From Cycas panzhihuaensis (Eukaryota > Plantae > Cycadophyta), in contig CM041465.1 in the NCBI GenBank assembly GCA_023213395.1, positions 248,503,741 through 248,567,740 of the forward strand: a stretch of DNA of 64,000 bases, in the 5' to 3' direction. The notes beneath the pieces were generated by a model that saw nothing but the letters and a program-made list of their open reading frames with translations, was not told the DNA's origin and made no database searches. Shown in pieces: positions 10,624-23,031 of this stretch (positions are counted from its first letter, which is position 1; each line of letters begins with the position of its first letter). Both the position numbers and the translations under genes were made by a program.

Positions 10624-13420
10624 TTTCCCTCGTAACTAAAAGATGCTTTGACTTGAAAGCATCAAAACTTTTAGGTTCTATTGGTAGTAATCTTCATCTT
10701 CTCAAGTTGCGTCTTTGGTATCCATAGCCTTCCATTTAGCTGAGTATTCCTTGATTTATCTATTTTATGGTTACTTTATGTGACTATTGATGATGCTCTT
10801 AGGTTGCATGATGAAGGACCCTTCTTCGTTTAACTTTGTAGGGTAGTTTGAGGAATGATCTTGTCCCTAATAGTTTTTTTAAAACAAGATGCATTAAATA
10901 AATTGCATATCATATTGTCTAATAGGTCAAGTTGATAAGCCACTTTGTCGATCTTCATTAATATTTAAAAAGTTCCACAGAAATTGGATTGGAGTTTCCA
11001 TTTTTTAGGTTTCCTTGTAGAGGCTTATTTATAAAGTTGCAGTCATAAAAATACACAATCTCCTACAATGAACTACCTTTTTGAATGATTTAACTACTAT
11101 TGCTTTATTATCTTCTTTACATTATTTAAATTATCCTTGAGACTATGAAAGATATCTTCCATCATTTTGACCTATGCTTTTACTATGAGGACCTTAGACT
11201 AGGTAAAAATATGGATTAAAAATAGTGATCATAATCATAGAGTGTTTTAAATGATGATATTTTTGCTATAGTATAATACATAATGTTATACCACCATTCT
11301 TCTAAATATAACCACTTATACAAGTGTGATTATTTATCTAATGTGAAACACCTAAAGTAACCCTTTAAACATTAGTTCACCACTTCTATTTAACCATTTG
11401 TTTGAGAATGGTATGTGGTACTCATGGTTAATTTGTTCCCTACTACATTTAACATCTCCTTTTAGAAGTTGATTATGAATTTTAGCTTAGAATTACTTAT
11501 AATAACCTTTGGAAATCCAAGGTGCTAATGAATTTCTTTCATAAAGACATCTATGATTTGGCTAGCCTTAAAAGGCAAATGTATTCCCCTAAAATGTACA
11601 TATTTTATAAATATATCAATGACTACTAATATTGCATTCATATCTTTTAAATTTGGTAAGTTAGTATTAAAGTCTATAGATACCTCTTCTAATTTTCTCT
11701 TAGGAATGTGTAATAATTGAAGAAGACTGGGGATCTTAATCGTCTTAAACTTATTCCTTTCATAAGTATCATATTATGTCATGACCTAATGAATATTGTT
11801 CTTAAACCCCTTCTAGGAAAAACATTCTTTAATATTTTTGTATATTTTATCTATCCTTACATGATTGATAGTAGGGGAGGCAACGCATTTTTATAATATT
11901 ATATTCTTAAATATAAAGGTAGGCATGGAGTATATTTGGTCCTTATACTAGAGGTTGTTGTTCTTCTAATCAAACCTCTTATCCTATGTTGTCATATTAT
12001 ATTATAAGCATCATATAATCTCTAAGGTTTGTAGATATTATATATATTATTACTATACTTGAGTGATCTAAGTGAGAGCTACTACTCACATGGTATATAA
12101 GGATGTGTCTTTGTCCTTTTTAGATATATCATGTACAATACTCTCTTTGCCCATCTTATAAATTATTTTAAAGTTGAAGGCCTACAATTTGGCTAACCAC
12201 CTTTATTACTCTTTTGATAGAGTTGACTATTTAAAAAATAAGTAAGACTGTGATCTATCTAAATTTGGAATTTATTGCCTACTAAATATCACTACCATTT
12301 TGTAATTATGCAGTTAATGGCTAACATTTCTTTTTTTTATATATACTATGATTTCTCCTTCCCTTTGAATTTGTGACTCTCATAAGCAATGGGTATATCA
12401 TTCTACATTAATATAACCCCTAATCTTTCTCTTAATGCATCGTATTTTATAATCAAAGGTTATTTAAAGTTTGGTATAATAAGAACATGCAAAGTTGTTA
12501 TATTTTCTTGAGGTTATTAAATCAATTATTTGATTAACAATCCTATTTGAATGTGTCTTTCTTGCTTAGGTCTATAAAAGGAACAATTGTATGAACCCTT
12601 GATAAATCTCTTATATAAGCCTTTGGCCTCTAAAAATCCTTTAACCTTTGTTATATTAATCAAAGGGGGTTAGTCTAACTTTTCTTGAATTTTACTAGGA
12701 TCCATTTTGATCCCTTCCCTTAAGATGATATGACTTAGATATTCCACCTCTCATCTCCCAAAAGTGCACTTAGCTTTATTCGAACAAAATATTATCTTAG
12801 AGGGTCTACATTAATTGTTTGGCATGTTATAAGTTCTCTTTGTAGCACTTATTATAAATCGAGATATCATCAAAGAAAACTAATAAATTTTTTTTGAGAT
12901 ATAAATGGAGCATCTTATTCATGGTAGAAGGGCATAACTCTAAACTCATAATATTCCTCATAAGTGTAAGAAGTTTTCTTTTTTTATATGTCTTGTACTA
13001 TTATCTAGATTTTATAATATCTTAATCTCAAATCAATATCTTAATCTTAAATTAATTTTTATAAAGAATTGAGCTCCATGCAAACCATTCAAGAGATCAT
13101 TGATGTGTAGGACTAAAAACTAATTTTTCATGGTAGCTTTATTCAAGGACCTATAAGCAACATACACTTTGAAGGACCCATGTTTTTTGGGCAGTAAGAT
13201 GACTAGTGTTATGGAGAAAATTTATTAGGTATAATTGCTCCTAGCTCAAATATTTCATGTATTAATTTTTCTATGACCACCTTGTGATGGTGTGGATATT
13301 GATAGGATCACACACTAATCAATGCCATTCTCAATTCTATCTCAATTATGTGTTCCATCCCTTTATCCAAAGGTAAAGACTTAAGAATTTCTTCAAAAAC
13401 TCTCAAGTATTCTTATAATA

Positions 13421-13606
13421 TGTTAGAATATAATGTTTTATCTTAGGACATAAGTCCATCCTAATGTGATGTAATTAAGTGGTGGACACGTGTCATCTAT
13501 AGATTAGACAATTATTAGGTGGTTGTTGCTCCCATTGTATATATATATACATTGTGAATCAATAATGGAGGCATCTTCCATTCATTTTTAATGTTACCAT
13601 CCAACA
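13421..13606 (+). repeat. Copia 5' LTR (186 bp)
   Basis: About 11 substitutions and one 16-bp indel relative to the 3' LTR (hand alignment). Confidence 0.95.
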
Positions 13607-14294
13607 TGGTATCAGAGCAGGCCATCCTATTACATTAGATAGACCTTGGCATCTGAATGCCAGATTGAAGAGAATCTTTAAGAAGCTCACAAGGAGGTGT
13701 TTAGACAAAGATTTAAAGTCAAGGTGAAACTCAAAGAAGTTTGTAGAGAGTTTGTCTGAAGTCGTTCTAAGCCCAAGTACAGATCTGTACAACTGTACAG
13801 TAAAAAAATTTCAAGTTCTTGGATTGAGACCAAACTTGGTCAGATTATAGATCTAGATGACTTGAGCAATTTTCTCTTCTGGATTGAGTTCATTTGAAGA
13901 CATTTTTAGGGTATTTTTTACCATTTTTAGGTATTCATTAGTTTACCCTTTCATAGTCATTTTTCTCTCATTTTTCATAAATTTTTATCAAATTTTCTCT
14001 AGAAATTCTTTGTCTCTGTACTGTGCCTCTCTTTAGAGTAATTTCATCTAGATTTGTGGTTGTTTTTGTCATTTTTTGAGTGATTTTCTTCTAAAACCTA
14101 GCCGCTAGTCGTACATTTAGTTTTTCTCTCTGATCTGAAGTTAAATTTGAAAACTAACCACAAATCTAGACTCGCCCTTGTCTCATCTTTATTTTGAGGT
14201 ATCTTTCATACATGTCTATACACTTTCCATACTATACATAAATATATATAAAAGTATGATCTAGGGTTTTAGAAATTTATTCCTAAGTTGCATT

Positions 14295-17200
14295 ATGGCA
14301 TCTTCAGTGCTTGCATTGTCTGATAATGACAAACTCAATGATAACAACTATCATATTTGGAAAATTAAAATAGAGACTCTACTCAGAGACAAAAATGCAT
14401 GGCAAATTGCCACTGGAAATGAAACAAAGCCAAAAGATACAGGGACTGCTCAAGCAAATTGGGAAGAAAGAGATAGTGCTGGGGTTATTATTTTAAAATT
14501 ATCAATTTCTGACCTGCTCCTCATTTATATTAAAAATTTGTACTCCACTGCTAGCATTTGGCAATACCTGGAGAATATGTACAGTCAAAAGGATAGAGCC
14601 AAAATAATAGCCCTAAAGGGTGAATTGTTCAATCTCCAAATGAAGGAGACTGAGACCATCACTGAGTTTTTACACAAAATAATCTCTCTAAGAAATAGTC
14701 TTACTAGTGCTGGTGACCCTCTTACTGAATAGGAATTGGTAGAACTCGTGATCAGTAAGTTACCCAAACCATTTGATGTTATAATCAATACTATTACCAA
14801 TGGCAATCGAATGGCAACTATGTCTTTGGATACTCTAATAGGACTGCTCTTGCAACAAGAACAAAGAAATAAAAGATATGAAGATGTTACAGATCTCGAG
14901 GATGCCTTCGCATCCAGATTAAACCTAAGATCCAAAGGTCGAAGCAGGGGAAGAGGAAGAACTCCTGAGAGCCATGGCACATCACGAGGATGATGGCAAG
15001 ACTCAAGTGGCACACCACGAGGATGATGGCAAGACTCAAGGGGAAGAGGTTGAAGCATCATTCCCAGGATATACTATGGTTGTGGTAAGATAGGTCATTT
15101 TGCTAGCTCTTACAAAGCTTTTGATAAATGTTATCATTGTGGCCAATTTGGGCACTATCCATTTCAATGTAAGAAAGTAGATACTCATAGAGGGAAGAAA
15201 CCGATGGGAAATTATAGCAAAGAATAGACTGACAATGATGACCAAGATGAAGAAGAAGCAATAGCTTTTGTTGTTGCTCTAACTATAAATTTGCAAGACA
15301 AAGAAGTCTAGTACATCGATTCTAGAGCTTCACATCACATGACTAGTCAAGAGGAATGGTTTAAAGATTTACAACCTTACACTACAAATAAATTAGTGGA
15401 ACTTAGAGATAAATACTCTCTCAAAATCAAAGGAGTTGGGATAATTGCAATCAAGATCAAAGACAAGGTTGAAAAAATAGATGATGTCCTTTTTGTACTA
15501 GATCTAAAAATGAACATTCTCTCTGTCTTTCAACTAAAGAAAAAAAGATTGTGTACTCTTTTTGATGAAAAGGGTTTTTGTTATATTTTTGACATGAAAA
15601 ATAATGAAAATGTAATTACAAAAGGGATTGAATACAATGACCTATACAGGCTGCTATCACACCTTGTTCTACTTGATGTAAGTGTACTGCTATAAGCAAT
15701 AATGATAAAATATGGTGATTCAAGTATGGACATCTTCCCATAGAAAATCTAAAAGATGGAAAGGAAAAATCTAGTGATTGGATTAGCTCATATCACATCA
15801 AATAATTTTGTATGTAAAAGTTGTCAGTCCAGCAAACAACATAGACTTCCCTTTCAAGAAAGCAAATGGTGAGCGAAAGAAAATTTGGAGTTGACACATA
15901 CTGATCTTTGTGATCCCATCACTCCACACTCAATTAATAGGAAAAGATACTTCCTTACCTTTATAGATGACTTCACCAAGAAAATCTAGATCTATTTTTT
16001 GCATACAAAATCTGAAGCACTTGATGCATTTAAAGAGTTCAAAGCACAAGCTAAACTAGAAAGCAATGCCAAAATTAAGTGCATAAGATCAGACAGAGGA
16101 GGTGAATACATCTCCTAATAATTTCTAGAATATTGCAAGAACAGAGTAATATAGAGATAATTTACAACTCCATATACGCCTCAATCTAATGGAGTTGCAG
16201 AAAGAAAAAATCAACTTATTATGGAAATGGCATGAAATATGATATATACAAAAAATGTCTCCAAGACCTATTGAGCCGAAGTTATTAGTACGACCTGTTA
16301 TCTATTGAACATGAGTCCAACTAAAGCAGTAAATCAATCTAATCTAGAAGAAGACTAAACAGGAAGGAAGGCAGAAATAAGTCACTTAAAAGTTTTCGGC
16401 AGTCAATCATTTATTCATATTCTAGACAAAAAAAGGATGAAACTAGATTCAAAGAGCATTAAATGCATCATGGTAGGATATAACAAAACTTCAAAAGCAT
16501 ATAAGTACATTGATCCTATAACTAACAAAGTCTATGTAAGTCAAGATGTTGTCTTCAATGAGGAGGACAAAGAAAAAAATACCAGTGGTACTCAGATGCT
16601 TGAAATAATACCTCAAATTCTTCCACATAATCATATAGAAGAACAAGAACCCAGTATTATCACTGAAGAAATTTTAGAAGAAACCATACAAGACTCAAGC
16701 ACATATTCAACTTTAGAAATTGAAGAAATTACCATAGAAATTGAAGGCAAAAATCTAAAAAAATTACCAAAATAGTATCTCAAGACCTTAGAAGGAAACA
16801 AAGGAGAAATTATGCCTCACAAAATAAGGAGCCAAAGACCAAAGGCCCTAATCAGTAATGTTGAACCACAATCCTTCACAGAAGCTAAAAGGCATATCAA
16901 ATAGAGGAACGTCATGGATGCCAAATTGGACTCCATTATAAAAAATCAAACCTGGGAGCTAGTTAAGCTACCTTCTAACGAGTCAGTTGTAGGCTGCAAG
17001 TGGGTTTATAAAATTAAAAGAGGACCAGATAGGAAAATAGAAAAACACAAAGCCAGGTTAGTTTCAAAAGGATACACACAGACAATAGGCATAGACTATG
17101 AAGAAACTTTCTCTCCAGTGACTACGTTGAATATTGTTAGAACAATCATAACTATAACGAGATGTAAAAACTAGAAAAATATATCAACTAGATGTCAAGA

Positions 17201-18386
17201 CTACCTTCTTAAATGGAGAAATTGAAAAAGAAGTTTATATGTCCTAGCTTAAAGGTTATATAAAGTAGGACAAGAACAACTAATTTACAAGTTAAAAAAG
17301 ACACTATATGGGTTGAAACAAGCCCCACGTGCTTGGTACGCCAAACTATATAATTACCTCTATAAAAATGGCTTCCAAAGAAGCAACTCTAACTCAAGTT
17401 TGTACAAGAAAAGCAAAAATGGAGCAATAACTATAATAACAGTTTGTGTTGATGACATGCTTATCACAGGTAATGATGAAGATTCTATAGTAGACATTAA
17501 GAAACAACTGTGAAGCAAATTTGAAATGATTGATCTTAGAATCCTAAGCTTCTACTTGGGAATTCAAATTCAATAATAGGATAATTCAGTTACCTTGTGT
17601 CAAAGCAAGTACATCAAAGATCTACTAACTAAGTTCAAAATGGAAAACTACAATTCTTATTATACTCTAATGGAGGTAAATTGTAATTTAATTTCAAATG
17701 AAGAAGATCACTACTTTGATGCAACCTTATATAGGCAACTAGTCAGAAGTCTTATCTATCTCATAGTAACTAGACCTAACATTTCATACGTTATGAGCCT
17801 AATATCTAGATACATGCATGAGCCAAAAATAAGACATTAGAATGCTGCCAAAAGGATCTTAACATATCTCAGGGGAACAATTGAGTTAAAGCTAAACTTT
17901 CCAAAGGAAACATCATTTCAGTTAACAGGTTTTTGTGACTTAGATTGGGCAGGTGACAAAGAATAAAGAAAATCCACCAGTAGCTTTTACTTCTCTTTGG
18001 GCTATTCACCAATCTCTTAGAGTTGTAAGAAGCAAGTCACTGTAACATTATCCTCAACAGAAGGAGAATACAAATCAACAGTAAGCGCTACCACTGAAGC
18101 AATATGGCTCAGACAATTACTAAAAGCTCTAGATGTACCTTAAGAAACAACAACTGCACTCTTTTGCAACAATCAGAGTACAATCAAGCTAACTAGAAAT
18201 CCAGTATTCCATGCTAGAACTAAACATATTGAAGTTCAATACCATTTCATAAGAGAAAAAGTAAAAAATAAAGAAATAGATCTAGTCTATTATTCAACTC
18301 ATGATCAGATTGCAGATATTCTAACCACACCATTGGGGAAAGAAAGGTTTCAAATATTAAGAGACAAAATATGATTAATTACATAA
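14295..18386 (+). pseudogene. Copia gag-pol polyprotein with stops and a frameshift
   Basis: KLNDNNYHIWKIK (gag N-terminus), two CCHC-type knuckles, YIDSRASHHM (protease), HTDLCDP and PQSNGVAERKN (integrase), GCKWVYKIK, KQAPRAWY, VCVDDML (RT), D.DWAGD and HARTKHIEVQYHFIRE (RNase H). Confidence 0.95.
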
Positions 18387-18401
18387 AACATTAAGTGAGG
18401 G

Positions 18402-18603
18402 TGTTAGAATATAATGTTTTATCTTAGGACATAATTATCTTAGAATATAAGTCCACCCTAATGTGATGTAATTAAGTGGTGGACACGTGCCATCTGTAGA
18501 TTAGATAGTCATTAGGTGGTTGCTTCTCCCATTGTATATATATATACATTGTGAATCAATAATGGAAGCATCTTCCATTCATCTCTAATGTTACCATCCA
18601 ACA
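18402..18603 (+). repeat. Copia 3' LTR (202 bp)
   Basis: Matches the 5' LTR and carries an extra 16-bp tandem unit, TTATCTTAGAATATAA. Confidence 0.95.
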
Positions 18604-21427
18604 TAATAATGGTCTTATATCTATATGGATATTTACCACTTCTAATACTATAATTGTATAACAACTAATAATGTATCTCAAAACTCTTTTGTTTAATATT
18701 TTCTCTATGTTATATAAAAAGACCTCTTCATTAGGTGGCATGGGTGGATCTTATAATATATATTTCTTGCCCTTTTGCTAAAACTTAATAAATAATTTAT
18801 TGTAATTTATTACAATTGAGCCTTAAGTCCTTAATCATTATACTCTTAATATGACATCAACTCCTTCGACTAGATTATAAATATTAATGATTGTAATATA
18901 TAATCAAACATTAACAAGGATACCTTTAGATATAAACCAATGTATAACATAGTATTTCCTCCTTCAATAACTGCATAGAACTACTTAAGTAGTATAATAT
19001 GAAGTCTTACTTGCTCAGTGGCTTATTAGTTAACAAAATTATGTGTTCTTTCCCTATCAATTAAGATTATCACCTTGGTGATATTAATCATTACTCTAAG
19101 ATGTAGGCCCTATGGTGATGTGATAACCCCTATAATGACTTATATTAAAATCTCCACTCTTGTAGGATCCCCTTCTTCCTCTAAGGCAACGTCCTTGATG
19201 ACTTATTTGTCACTATTGGGTAGGTCTACTTATTCCTCCTCTTTCATTAGTTGGTTATTTTCTAGAATATGTAACTTCTTATGAGGGCTCTTCTGTTGAC
19301 ATTTATAAGCCTTGTTCTATTTTAAATTATAGTTGAAGCAGGCTTCTTTATGAAGATGTATAGTCCATGAAGTACTTATTGTTCATCTTAGTCTCTAGGT
19401 AAATCTTAAGGTCTATATTATATGTGGCAAATTATTGGTATTTCTAAAATTTCCTTCACTTTTATTTGCTCAAGAGCTAGCATCAAATTTGGCCTCCATA
19501 TTTTTGGTTGGCACTATTACTTATCTAAGGCTATAGAACATTAAGGATTTTGACTTAAATAAAATGTGTTCATTTAAGCTACTAAGATATATTTGTAATA
19601 GAAAATTTTCTTCTATTTGATTGAGCAATATATTTTGTAGATTTTAAAATTTCTCTATGTATTATTATATTATAACTATTTGTTGTAGCTCTACAACCTT
19701 ACATAAAACTCATGATTCCAAGTGTCCCCATACTACTCACATATCACACGCTAAAAAAAACCTAGTTCAAATTGGTCATGCCTTCATAGTTGCAACACCA
19801 TCGTATAAATCAATAGAGTGCTATGTTGCTCAAATACAAAATAGGTATCTATCTTAATCAACCATAGTCTTACAATCATTTTTTTTATCATGATAAAAAA
19901 AGTCTAGATGCATTTTTATATTTTTAATGGTCAACCCTATTATATTTTGTGAACCCTCTCATATATTTCATGAATCCTTTGGCATATCTTCTTGTTGTCA
20001 TTTTGATCTAATCTTTTAGTATTTCTCAGGTCACCCCACTTTATCTTTATGTGGTTGTTTTTACTTAATGAGTTATATTAGGCTTTGATATCTCTTATTT
20101 ATTGTAAATGAGATATTAACCATATCTTATATTGTTGTTGTAGCTTGTCTAATTCTTCCATGTATCACATCTTGTAGTATTTTAATATCCCATGTTACCT
20201 ATTAAAATTACCTTGTAATTTTCTCTATTTATGTTTTTTTAGCCATAAGTTAAGGTGCAAGCAATATATGAAGGCTATTACTTAATCAAAGCTCCAAATT
20301 ATCTTCTTTCTACTAGTTTTCATGTAAATCTTGATAATGTCTCTAATAGTATCTTACCATAAGGATAATACTAGAAATCTTTAGGTATAAATATGTAGAT
20401 CTCAAACAAATATGTAAAATAAAAAAATAATCATATAAACTAAACTTCACATGACCAAGTTATGGACCTTTAAAGATTACTATAAAGCTCACAAAACTAC
20501 CTTAAAAATCCTTCAGTCAATTTCAATCATTAAATTATAAGGCAATTTGACTCTAAACTAGGCCATCCATATATTTAAATTGAAGCCCTATAAGTATAGA
20601 TTCTAATAGAAATGATGAAACTATATTTTGTCCTTACAAATGAAAGTTATGATAAAGTTAATACAAAGAGGTGTTGAAATTTGTCAAGGGGATAAAAGAT
20701 TTAATGTGACTCCTTTCATTTTGGTTGTTAGTCACTTGAAAGTTTATATATGATTGTGACTTGAAAGTAGGAGATAAACTCAAAGAAAGTTTTTGATATG
20801 GTCTGATTTATCAAAAAACCAATACTTTAGTTTGCAAGCATTTACTTTCTATGTTTTCTATATGTTACATTATTTTTCTCATTGTGTGATATATATGGAG
20901 ATGTACTTGGACCCTATTTATATTTTTACTTATATGATCATTGTATCTTAAACTTGTTAATTTTGTTAATGTCCTAATATAGTAGATAATTATGGAGAGT
21001 ATCTATATTATTTGCACTAATATTTAAATGGAAAGGAGGTCGACACCGCTCCTAGTAACATAATAATAATAATATTACTAATGATAGACCTCTAATCTTT
21101 TGAAGTACCTAATATTCATATGCATATGGGATTGGAGGTAGCAATATTTACAAGAATCAAACTTTCATAAATACCCAATGACTATATTTTCTAGACCTCT
21201 AATCTTTTTTGGCTATAAATATTCAAAACATATAGGGGATTAGAGTCAATAATATTCATAATAACAAATGTGCAAAACTCCCAATTTTAGGCTTTCCACC
21301 TAATGATTATTCCTTTTCCAAATAATAAACACCTAAATTATAGCTCTCCTTCTAGTGCACCCATAATCCAATGTCCACATATAAATATCCTATATATGAA
21401 CACCCTAAACCTCACTCTAATACCACT

Positions 21428-21705
21428 TGTTATGACCTACAAGAGTTCTATAATAATTCTCACATTAGACTAATCAAGATGAATGGAGAAAATAGAAAAT
21501 GATTATTAAAATATAAATAATAAAAGGATTAAAGTAAGAGCATCCCTCTTTGAGGTGAGGATTCCTCTAGTAGTGTTATTTCTTATAATTCCTATAATCA
21601 ATATTTATATACTAACTATTTATGCATGCTTTAGTCTTACTAATTCTGCTTTTAAATACTCAAGAGTAGGGCTAAATCTACCAAAGGGTATGTTAGTACA
21701 TAACA
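21428..21705 (-). repeat. 5' LTR of the minus-strand Reina-like element
   Basis: TG at 21428, TAACA end at 21705, adjacent PBS remnant. Confidence 0.82.
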
Positions 21706-21950
21706 CTAATATTCTCTAATGCTTAAATTAGCATTTCATTACTTTGAAATTTCTAAAAACTCCCTTAAAATTCTATGGTGACTATTTCTAAAATTTCAAT
21801 TTTCATATCTAATTAGTTATACCATATTGATGGAACTCCTCCTAAGGTACAAGTAAACCTTCTATTAATATCTTCTTCATCCCTAATTTTGATCTTCTAG
21901 TTTCGGCAATGTATTAAATAAATCTCTTAAAAAACATTCTTCTAAGTTGC
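21706..21950 (-). pseudogene. Gypsy gag fragment (proximal half)
   Basis: Minus strand reads DEEDINRRFTCTLGGVPSIWYN...ALENI, a retrotransposon gag core pattern. Confidence 0.6.
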
Positions 21951-22059
21951 CATAAGACCTTCCTTTGCCTTTGTGTCATTTTTACTTATTCTCTTTGAGC
22001 TATCCAAATTAAGATTTGCCTTGACTACTATCACTAGCCTACTCATATGTCACTAGCTT

Positions 22060-22660
22060 ATCAAGGTTAGATAAGCAAAAATTCTAAAATTTGTGATAGG
22101 TATTCTCCATAATCAATTTATATTTATAATAGTAATTTGTTTATAACTTAATAATCCATTATAAAAAAATGGTTCCTCTTATTTCATCCAAAATTCTATC
22201 AATAAATGTAATTAGATAAGAGTTCTTTAATGCCATCATAATATACACATCTATAACTTAACATTTTTCTTAAGTGAAATTACATTTGGAGAGACCTAAT
22301 CATTAGTTTCAATTTTAAATATGTCACAAGGACTTCCTCTACCTTTATGCCTAACATCTTCTTAAACTCCACCTTAACATGATCCACATATTTTAAATGT
22401 ATTAGATATGGTTAATACTTTATTGATTTCACACTAAGGATCAACTCAATTTTATATTCACTTAAATCTCATGGTATAACTTTATGATCTTTACATCACC
22501 CCAAAAAGATATGTTTATATTAATGAAAAATATTTTTTATAACTTCAAATGACAATGGATACCATTTCCTACAAACTTTGATATATTCTAGATGTTTATT
22601 TATCCCCAAGTTCACAATTTCAAAAGTAAGCTCCTTATGCTTAATGGTATTGTTTTATAC
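22060..22660 (-). pseudogene. Non-chromovirus Gypsy (Athila/Tat-like) RT N-terminal remnant
   Basis: Minus strand reads EIVNLG, EYKIELI..VKSIK..PY, VKVEFKKML, VSP.VISLKKN.KL.MC and FIDRILDEI. Confidence 0.6.
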
Positions 22661-23031
22661 AAACTAATATACAAGATCATTGGTAGTTTCTTATTCATCA
22701 CTCTAGATTTATAAAAATTGATAAGGATAGCCCTTATTCTACACAATTGCATTACCTTGTATAGAATTAGACATAATTACTTATTACGTTACAACATCTA
22801 AATCATCATTCCCTAATATGCATCAATTAGCATTATATCATGGTGCAAAACATTCTCATCATCACTATTATTAGCCTAAAAGCATGGAGTTGTAAACATT
22901 TCCAAAACTTGTTCTTTTTAATTCAAAGCTCACTATTAGAATAGACTTTATTACCCCTTTACAAAGTAACCATAAACTCCTTACTAAAAGCATATCTTTT
23001 GAGTCTAGAGACATCATACAATTATGCCTTC

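Larger units (their letters stand above)
13421..18603 (+). mobile_element. Complete Ty1/Copia retrotransposon, non-functional
   Basis: LTRs 13421-13606 and 18402-18603 (TG...CA), perfect TSD TAATA, PBS TGGTATCAGAGC at 13607-13618, PPT AAGTGAGGG at 18393-18401, domain order gag-PR-INT-RT-RH. Confidence 0.97.
10335..21705 (-). mobile_element. Full-length decayed Ty3/Gypsy chromovirus (Reina-like), containing a nested Copia
   Basis: LTR pair at 10335-10623 and 21428-21705. PBS remnant (rc TGGTATTAGAG, 21415-21425), PPT at about 10624-10631, TSD CTAAC/CTAAT. gag knuckle at ~19300-19350, protease LIDRE.THNF at ~19040, RT VFFDDISIY at ~12860, integrase and chromodomain (EYSAKWK) toward 10700. Confidence 0.88.

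Noticed and set aside
14585-15061. 158-aa minus-strand ORF with a repeated PLESCHHPR motif
   Set aside because: Antisense shadow of Copia gag and its 33-bp duplication.
13559-18741. Two minus-strand ORFs with near-identical C-termini (CWMVTL.MNGRC.HY)
   Set aside because: The similarity arises only because both overlap the paired LTR ends.
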